The notes under the pieces were generated by a model. The model searched no databases, was not told where the DNA came from, and worked only from the letters and a program-made list of their open reading frames with translations. From positions 1-64,000 of the IMG/VR virus record IMGVR_UViG_3300028920_000004: a stretch of 64,000 bases of DNA. One strand, written 5' to 3'. The position numbers and the translations under genes are program-made. Positions 58,147 to 64,000 of the stretch are shown piece after piece (positions within the stretch are counted from its first letter, which is position 1; each line of letters starts with the position of its first letter). This stretch comes from a virus.

Positions 58147-58336
58147 TAAAACTTGCTACTATATTCATGATAGCTTGTCCATATAATCTTTTTTTCCAAT
58201 TTATTATAATATAGATTCCACACGCTAAAGCATAAAAAAGCCAACAAATATTAAAAGTATTTATAAAATATAAAGAAATTAAAACTATAGAAGCAGATAT
58301 AAAATCTAAGATATTTATTGGCATTAATTTTTTCAT
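58121..58336 (-). CDS. Small PnuC-like membrane protein
   Basis: CW...........LYGQ pattern, about 3 TMs. Confidence 0.55.
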   Translation of the reverse strand: MKKLMPINILDFISASIVLISLYFINTFNICWLFYALACGIYIIINWKKRLYGQAIMNIVASFIAIRNFIF

Positions 58337-58947
58337 ATCTTCCTTGCAACTGTTATCAAAGTAGGTGCTATTTTATTAATAACTATTTGTTTATATACTT
58401 TAAATCCTTGATTTTGTAATTCTTCTTTTAAAACTTCCGCAGGAACATGATGTACATTCTTCTCTATAAATGTTATTATTTTCCCAAATAGAATATTGCC
58501 CCAAAAATTATCAACACATCCATCAGCTATTATTAATATGCCATTCTTAGTCAATACTCTATGAAATTCTTTAATAGCATCGTATTGATTATCAAAATGA
58601 TGAAAAGCATGAGAACACGCTATTATATGAAATTTATTATCATAGTAAGGAAGTTGTTCTGCTGGAGCTATAGAATATTTTATATTTCCTTTATTTTCTT
58701 TTTTTGCTTGTATTATCATTTTTTTAGAATAATCTACTCCATATAAATATAGATATTCCGACCTATTTTCTAATTTTCTTAAAAACTTACCAGTTCCACA
58801 AGCAATATCTAAAACATTATAACTATCTTCTAATTTCATAAGTTGTATCATTTTATCGTGAGTTCTATTAAATAATAGATACTGTAATATTGACTTATCA
58901 TATTTTTTTGCCCATTTATTAAATCTTTCTTTATGGTCTGTCATCAT
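58333..58947 (-). CDS. Class I SAM-dependent methyltransferase (UbiE-like)
   Basis: VLDIACGTG, GVDYS..M, AEQLPY, AFHHF, EFHRVL..G. Confidence 0.88.
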   Translation of the reverse strand: MMTDHKERFNKWAKKYDKSILQYLLFNRTHDKMIQLMKLEDSYNVLDIACGTGKFLRKLENRSEYLYLYGVDYSKKMIIQAKKENKGNIKYSIAPAEQLPYYDNKFHIIACSHAFHHFDNQYDAIKEFHRVLTKNGILIIADGCVDNFWGNILFGKIITFIEKNVHHVPAEVLKEELQNQGFKVYKQIVINKIAPTLITVARKI

Positions 58948-59290
58948 AATAACTCCTTGGTTGTGGTGTTGGTCTTGGTCGAGGTTGAGGATTTTTAGGA
59001 GGAGGATTATATCCTTTATTTCTTCTTCTTAATCTCCGTCTTAAAAACCTTCTACATCTACAAAAAATATTTGACCTTCTCTTGCAAGGTCTACATCTAC
59101 AATATCTTTCTTCTGTATTAACAGTTAAATTATAAAAGAGGTCTTTATATTTTTCCAATATTCCCATCTTTTTTTTAATATCTTCTTCATTATCATGCTC
59201 TTTCAAAATAAAAATTGACATCTTATCACCCATTTTTTTAGAATATCTTAATATGCCCAAATAGAAAAAATACTCTTTAAACTTTATCAT
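58931..59290 (-). CDS. Hypothetical protein with Arg/Cys/Pro-rich C-terminus
   Basis: CRCRPCKRR...RRRLRRR...PPPKNPQPRPRP. Confidence 0.5.
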   Translation of the reverse strand: MIKFKEYFFYLGILRYSKKMGDKMSIFILKEHDNEEDIKKKMGILEKYKDLFYNLTVNTEERYCRCRPCKRRSNIFCRCRRFLRRRLRRRNKGYNPPPKNPQPRPRPTPQPRSYYDDRP

Positions 59291-59432
59291 TGTCTTTATC
59301 TCCTATTTTTATACCTGCACTTTTAAGTATAGTTTTAATCCTTTCTATTTCTCCAGGCATACCTAACATTTTTGCTATTTTATCTAAAGATTTTCCTTTT
59401 CTATATTGTTTTATTGCTCTTTGTTCTAACAT
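59277..59432 (-). CDS. Small HTH protein, 51 aa (not in ORF track)
   Basis: Y.KGKSLDKIAKMLG...IK.ILKSAG. Confidence 0.6.
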   Translation of the reverse strand: MLEQRAIKQYRKGKSLDKIAKMLGMPGEIERIKTILKSAGIKIGDKDNDKV

Positions 59433-60103
59433 TTCCAGTATCTTTTTCTAATTTCTAATAAAAATTCATTTACTTTGTTTATATTAGGTATATGTCTACA
59501 ATTTTTTAATTTTATAGTTGCCATTTTTTGTAATTCTTCAGCATAATTTATAATTTCTCCCATACCATAATAACCTTCTTTTTTATATCTCATAAGAATT
59601 TTAGCTAAATCTTTTTTTACTTTTATATCAAAATCTTTGTGTTCTAACAAATCCAATAAATAATTTAAGGTTCTAATATATGCAACTGCAAATTTTCCTG
59701 GTTTTTTATCTTTTTTATTTAAGAATTTTTTTCTTTGATTTAACCCATAACCAATAAACGCATTAAAAGCATCTTGAGGATTCCATATATAAGGAAATAA
59801 ATTTTGCAATTTTAAACCCTCTCCTGTAGCTTCTATTGCAGGAGCCTTAAATACTTCTAATATCGAAGGATTACATTTTACCGCTAAATATAAAAAATGT
59901 CCTATTTCATAAGAAGTATTATCTTTATTTGTATCTTCTATCCAATGGCTTCCTTTATATTTATAATTTAAAGATAACAATTTTTGGGTTGGAATTACAT
60001 AAACACTTCTATAATCATAATCACTATTTTTAGTGGCTAATCCATGTGCTCTACTACCTACTAAAACTTTCAATATCGTTATTTTATCTGTTATTTTCTT
60101 CAT
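59426..60103 (-). CDS. Pol-beta superfamily nucleotidyltransferase (RlaP/YcgL-like)
   Basis: GSRAHGLAT..SDYDYR, NPS.LE. Confidence 0.85.
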   Translation of the reverse strand: MKKITDKITILKVLVGSRAHGLATKNSDYDYRSVYVIPTQKLLSLNYKYKGSHWIEDTNKDNTSYEIGHFLYLAVKCNPSILEVFKAPAIEATGEGLKLQNLFPYIWNPQDAFNAFIGYGLNQRKKFLNKKDKKPGKFAVAYIRTLNYLLDLLEHKDFDIKVKKDLAKILMRYKKEGYYGMGEIINYAEELQKMATIKLKNCRHIPNINKVNEFLLEIRKRYWKC

Positions 60104-60608
60104 AATTAAATAAATCTCCTTTTCTACTTGCTAAATAATCAGCCAATATAATTAAATGTTCGTATAATCCTTTAGGTTTAGGCACAAAAGGATTTTTATA
60201 CCAATGCCCCATATGCACACTTATTAACCTTTGTATTTCTGTTCTTCTTCCAATTCTAAATTCTTCTAATAATATATATCCTATTTGTGGATGTAATTTC
60301 ATCATCCAATCCATTCTAGACCAACCTGTAGGATGATTTCTCCATAATTTTTTATTTACTTCTCCTTTTACTGCTAAAATTAATTTACCAATATCATGTA
60401 ACCATGCACTTGCTACTAGCATATCTCTATCTGAATCCTTAATATCAAAGGCATCACATAGATGTTCCATAATATTTGCACATCTTGTAAGATGTTCTCT
60501 CATAGTTTCGCTTCTATGATATTTGCCACTTAAAGAAGCAGGTTGTTCTAATAAATCTTCAAAATTTTCTTCTAATATTTTTAAAGCTTTATCTGTTATT
60601 ATTCCCAT
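60084..60608 (-). CDS. HD-domain phosphohydrolase
   Basis: PAS.SGKYH, H, LHDIGK, HP, HMG, ADYLAS. Confidence 0.85.
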   Translation of the reverse strand: MGIITDKALKILEENFEDLLEQPASLSGKYHRSETMREHLTRCANIMEHLCDAFDIKDSDRDMLVASAWLHDIGKLILAVKGEVNKKLWRNHPTGWSRMDWMMKLHPQIGYILLEEFRIGRRTEIQRLISVHMGHWYKNPFVPKPKGLYEHLIILADYLASRKGDLFNYEENNR

Positions 60609-60793
60609 TTTTTTGTTTTGCCTATCCTTTTTAATTTATCTAAAAGTTTCTTATATTTTTTAATATCTTTCTCGGCATCTTTTATATAAAATATAAAAGG
60701 ACAATTTTGACATATTTTAGCGTGTCTTTTTCTCTGTCTTTTACAGTTACTATACCACCAAGTATTTTCTTGTATATGGTCTTTAAGATTCAC
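60599..60793 (-). CDS. Small hypothetical protein
   Basis: C ... CQNCPF. Confidence 0.5.
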   Translation of the reverse strand: MNLKDHIQENTWWYSNCKRQRKRHAKICQNCPFIFYIKDAEKDIKKYKKLLDKLKRIGKTKKWE

Positions 60794-61256
60794 AATTATA
60801 TTCCTTTATTTTTTTCCAAGCTCTTCTATATCTAGTTTTATTTTTATACCATTGTAGATTTTTTAAATTTTTTTGTTGTCGGCTGATATGTAAGTTATAA
60901 AAATGTTTTGACAAATATTTTTTCATCCATTTTAAACATTGGATTTCTGCAATATATTCAGCATTTATGCTTCCCATTTCAGAACTAAAAGCTTTATTTT
61001 TTAAGTGTCCTAATTCATGAAATATTAAACGCATCAAATCATTTTTAGTTAAATTTTTATCTTTTGACATATTTTTAGCATTATATTGTAAATAAAATCT
61101 ACTATTATCCCATGCATATCTTCCAACACTTCCCCAAGCCCACATAGTATTATCTTGACTTACATCAATAGGTTTAATATGAAATCTTTTTCGCCAATAT
61201 TCTACTTCTTTTTCCATAAATTTTCTTATAAAAGTTCTCTTCATTATCCTCTCCAA
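60783..61256 (-). CDS. Putative zinc metallopeptidase
   Basis: HELGH ... E..A. Confidence 0.65.
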   Translation of the reverse strand: MERIMKRTFIRKFMEKEVEYWRKRFHIKPIDVSQDNTMWAWGSVGRYAWDNSRFYLQYNAKNMSKDKNLTKNDLMRLIFHELGHLKNKAFSSEMGSINAEYIAEIQCLKWMKKYLSKHFYNLHISRQQKNLKNLQWYKNKTRYRRAWKKIKEYNCES

Positions 61257-61379
61257 AATATTAAAGCATTAACCATTACCAAAAGAATACCTATAGTTTT
61301 GATTTTTAATCCAGGAACTAAAAGAGATACCCCCAAATAACCTATTAACATCATTATATAAAATATCCAATATAACATT

Positions 61380-61829
61380 TTATTCTCCTGAAGTTTGAAA
61401 TTCTTGTTCTGTCTTTTTCTTCAAACTTTGTAAAGTAGAAATATCTTGGCTTGCAGATTCTACATAGGCTTGCAGATAATTTCGTATTCTCCTATAATTT
61501 TGAACCAATGCTCTAGCTTCTTCTTTAGTAGCTGTAGAATTAAACTTACCATCTTTCTTAGTGTCATGTGTATTTTTTACTTTAAAATAATAATCCAACT
61601 GAGTATTAGTTTTAGCAGTGTCTACTACTCCCCAAGCAGTTTTAAGGTCAGAATGAGCACCTGTAACTTTACTTAAAAGGGTTCTAATAGTTTGAGGATT
61701 ATCTGATATATCTCTTTTTAATTTCTTTGCTGTTTCATCTACTATTTTTATACTATCTCTAACTTCTGATAATATCATTTCTACTGTTTCTTCTGATTTG
61801 GCTAATTTTTCTATTTTTTTAACTCTCAT
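61380..61829 (-). CDS. UvsY-like recombination mediator candidate
   Basis: Helical, near RecA; ST.TKEEA...V..Y. Confidence 0.45.
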   Translation of the reverse strand: MRVKKIEKLAKSEETVEMILSEVRDSIKIVDETAKKLKRDISDNPQTIRTLLSKVTGAHSDLKTAWGVVDTAKTNTQLDYYFKVKNTHDTKKDGKFNSTATKEEARALVQNYRRIRNYLQAYVESASQDISTLQSLKKKTEQEFQTSGE

Positions 61830-62037
61830 TAGTGCTCTCCTTCTTTATCTCCGCTTGGAGTTCGGTTATAAGGTCGTTAACAGCTAACGTTCCTTTGCCC
61901 CATATATCTCGCCTTGCCTCAAGCCACTCGTGAATGGCGAAGAGGAGTTGGTCAACTCGTTCTTCCTTAAATGGAGACATATGTTTTCCTTGAACATATG
62001 CTCTGCGTAAGTATAACCTAACCTGTTCCCGTATCAT
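61819..62037 (-). CDS. Small hypothetical protein with higher GC than neighbours
   Basis: Starts in the GGAGGTCATAGATG motif. Confidence 0.6.
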   Translation of the reverse strand: MIREQVRLYLRRAYVQGKHMSPFKEERVDQLLFAIHEWLEARRDIWGKGTLAVNDLITELQAEIKKESTNES

Positions 62038-62048
62038 CTATGACCTCC
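62034..62048 (-). repeat. GGAGGTCATAGATGA motif, copy 4
   Basis: Supplies the recA stop and the next start. Confidence 0.8.
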
Positions 62049-63018
62049 CTTTAGGATTTAATTTATTCCAAATCCCTTCTTCTATTTCTTTCCAATCTTT
62101 AGGAGTTAATTTTTCAAGAAATTTATTTTTAGTTCCTTTCTTATTTTTAAATATATAGGTATTTTTCCTTATATCTACAACTCCAAATTGAATACCCTTA
62201 AACAATATAGATTCTTTTTGATTTATCTTTCCAGTATCATAAAACTTAATACAAGTTTTCCTATGAGGCTTCCCTCTTTTATTTTTTATACAATTCAATA
62301 TAATTTCATTCCCTATTCTTTCTTTTTCCCTTCCAGTTCCTTTATCTATACCTTTACTTCTTTTAAATTTTATACGAGTGTTATATAAATGTCTAAGGGC
62401 ATGTCCACCACTGGTAGTCTCAGGATTTCCAAACATAACCCCTACTTTTTCTCTAACCTGATTTACAAAAATAATAGTAGTTTTTTTATCCTCTATAGCT
62501 TCATAAACTTTTCCACATATAATAGAATTAACTCTTGCCTGTAAAGCCATAGTAGGTTCATCTGTTCCTCTATCTATTTGTTCTTTGGCTAATTGAGCAA
62601 CTATACTATCAATAATTATCAAATCTACTTCAGGTATCAGTTTAGGTAAAATATCTCCTATTTCCTCTAAATTTCGTGGAGTAAGTATTAACAATTTTTC
62701 ATTATCTACTCCTAAATGTTTAGCCCAAGATTTATCATAGGAATGTTCGGTATCTATATAAACCACGCTTTTTCCAAGTTTTTGATATTTCTTTATAATA
62801 AACAAACAAAACGTAGATTTTCCAGATGATTCATCTCCGAAAAATTCGATTTTATGTCCACCTTCACAAAGTCTTATACCACCATCCAAAACATAATCCA
62901 ACCCAAAAACTTCAGTTCTAACTATCTCACTTTCAGATATTTCAGAAGCTTTTTTTAATACATAATCCTTACCTAAAACTTTATATAATCTTTCTAATTT
63001 TTTATTATTTTCTAACAT
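62038..63018 (-). CDS. recA: RecA/UvsX recombinase
   Basis: GDESSGKST, IDTEH, IIIDSI, ALQAR, NQVREKVGVMFGNPETTSGG. Confidence 0.93.
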   Translation of the reverse strand: MLENNKKLERLYKVLGKDYVLKKASEISESEIVRTEVFGLDYVLDGGIRLCEGGHKIEFFGDESSGKSTFCLFIIKKYQKLGKSVVYIDTEHSYDKSWAKHLGVDNEKLLILTPRNLEEIGDILPKLIPEVDLIIIDSIVAQLAKEQIDRGTDEPTMALQARVNSIICGKVYEAIEDKKTTIIFVNQVREKVGVMFGNPETTSGGHALRHLYNTRIKFKRSKGIDKGTGREKERIGNEIILNCIKNKRGKPHRKTCIKFYDTGKINQKESILFKGIQFGVVDIRKNTYIFKNKKGTKNKFLEKLTPKDWKEIEEGIWNKLNPKGRS

Positions 63019-63037
63019 TAAAATCTCCTATATTATT

Positions 63038-63067
63038 ATTATACCATAAGATATATAAGGTTGTCAA
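63038..63067 (-). promoter_or_regulatory. Consensus sigma70 promoter for the recA operon
   Basis: TTGACAACC...ATGGTATAAT with 18-bp spacer, same design as 1450 and 2506. Confidence 0.85.
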
Positions 63068-63092
63068 GCATTAATATCTACCTATTTTATTA

Positions 63093-63686
63093 CTAACTTT
63101 GTACTAATCCTGATAATGAAAGCACTATAGCATCTGCGGTATCATTTTCAGAAATCTTTAATTCAAGACTTAATGCTTTATTTACATATTCCACAATTTC
63201 TTTTTTCAGTTGATGAGATTTCAGTTTCTTTTTAGATTTTTTAAACTTTACTTTTGCCCTCGCAGATGTAGGATTTATTAATGTAGCATTATTGGCTATC
63301 CTTTTTAATCTATCATAAGTTAATATGCCATTGTAAGATAATAATTTAGTAGTAAATACAGAAAAACCATAAAAACAATCCTCTATTTTAACAAAATCAA
63401 ATTTATATTCTTGAGATAATTCGTCTTTAAATCTATCTAATTGCTCGGTAAAAAGGTCAACATTATCTAAAGCTTTTTTAGTTTTGCTTTTTGATTTACG
63501 AGGAATATTAGGAACTGTTATTTTATGGGTTTTTTCTAATATTACATAAGAAGAAGTAGTTTTTATTATAGCAAAAGCAGTATGATAAGTAGCGGTATCT
63601 GCCCCTATACTTGTTTTATTAGAATGTAACTTTACCCCAAGAAATTTCTCAACCGATTTTTTACTTACTTTTTTTATATATTTCAT
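63093..63686 (-). CDS. RuvC-like nuclease
   Basis: IGADTA, KIED, D.ADA. Confidence 0.75.
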   Translation of the reverse strand: MKYIKKVSKKSVEKFLGVKLHSNKTSIGADTATYHTAFAIIKTTSSYVILEKTHKITVPNIPRKSKSKTKKALDNVDLFTEQLDRFKDELSQEYKFDFVKIEDCFYGFSVFTTKLLSYNGILTYDRLKRIANNATLINPTSARAKVKFKKSKKKLKSHQLKKEIVEYVNKALSLELKISENDTADAIVLSLSGLVQS

Positions 63687-63985
63687 TTCTTTTTATTTCC
63701 TTTTTTAGGTTTTTCATCTTCATCCAATTCATCAACTCGTACAAACTCTTTGGTTTCCCATATATATTTACAAGGAATTTCAAAATTTTTAATTCTTCTT
63801 TTAGCATCTCTAATTTTATCTATCACAAATTTCCCATATTCTCCTTTACTATCTTCTTCATAAATATATCTTACAGCAAAAGAAGGAAATTGAGTTATCA
63901 AATCTTTAGCTAACCATTGACCATTATCTCTTAATTGTACAAAGACTATTAATATGGATTGTTTATCTCTTGCTTTATCATTCAA
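63683..63985 (-). CDS. Hypothetical protein (may extend beyond window)
   Basis: ORF at window edge. Confidence 0.45.
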   Translation of the reverse strand: MNDKARDKQSILIVFVQLRDNGQWLAKDLITQFPSFAVRYIYEEDSKGEYGKFVIDKIRDAKRRIKNFEIPCKYIWETKEFVRVDELDEDEKPKKGNKKK

Positions 63986-64000
63986 ATGTTTAAGAATTTT

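Larger units (their letters stand above)
1..64000. mobile_element. Tailed dsDNA phage genome segment (siphovirus-like); no host genes, integrase or att sites seen
   Basis: Terminase-portal-protease-capsid-neck-tail-tape measure order on +; convergent replication module on -; dense, overlapping ORFs. Confidence 0.95.

Noticed and set aside
49441-60608. Z-genome (2-aminoadenine) pathway from MazG-like and HD genes
   Set aside because: No PurZ in the window, and these families are common in ordinary phages
33611-62388. Short + strand ORFs opposite the - operon (e.g. 55968-56420, 57806-58186)
   Set aside because: Antisense shadows of well-supported genes
1-64000. tRNA, rRNA or CRISPR arrays
   Set aside because: No cloverleaf/T-loop signature in intergenic space and no regularly spaced repeats noticed
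1-64000. Stop-codon reassignment
   Set aside because: Core genes are full length in the standard code; TAG and TGA act as real stops (recA, capsid)
1-64000. Archaeal virus (suggested by PolB, zinc ribbons and acidic structural proteins)
   Set aside because: Three perfect TTGACA/TATAAT promoters, bacterial-type RecA and KdsA point to a bacterial host

Overview
The whole window is part of a low-GC tailed dsDNA phage genome (Caudoviricetes). It looks siphovirus-like: there is a tail tube and tape measure but no sheath. Sigma70 promoters and Shine-Dalgarno sites point to a bacterial host, and genes read in the standard code. The + strand (about 1-32.7 kb) carries small accessory ORFs, then terminase, a portal with a ChaB-like tail, a zinc-ribbon-rich prohead protease/scaffold, major capsid, neck and fibre proteins, tail tube, chaperones, an intein-containing tape measure and tail-tip genes. 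The - strand (64-32.6 kb) carries a recombination/replication module: RuvC-like, RecA, UvsY-like, HD, nucleotidyltransferase, a PolB with unusual active-site motifs, resolvase, SbcCD-like and MazG-like genes. It continues into a ~15 kb glycan-modification island (32.6-47.5 kb), which is the most striking system here. The island appears to encode a self-contained sulfate uptake -> APS -> PAPS -> sulfotransfer route: a CysP-type permease, a tiny HIGH-motif nucleotidyltransferase as candidate minimal ATP sulfurylase, CysC and three sulfotransferases. Alongside are KdsA, a KpsS/C-type Kdo transferase, three GT2s and a Maf-like transferase. Other signals: a lambda-type GGGAAAG -1 frameshift candidate outside the tail genes, a 14-bp RBS/stop/start motif in front of four small ORFs, a duplicated promoter block flanking a cassette, and apparent GATC avoidance. 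All calls come from motif recognition and gene order; no database search was run.
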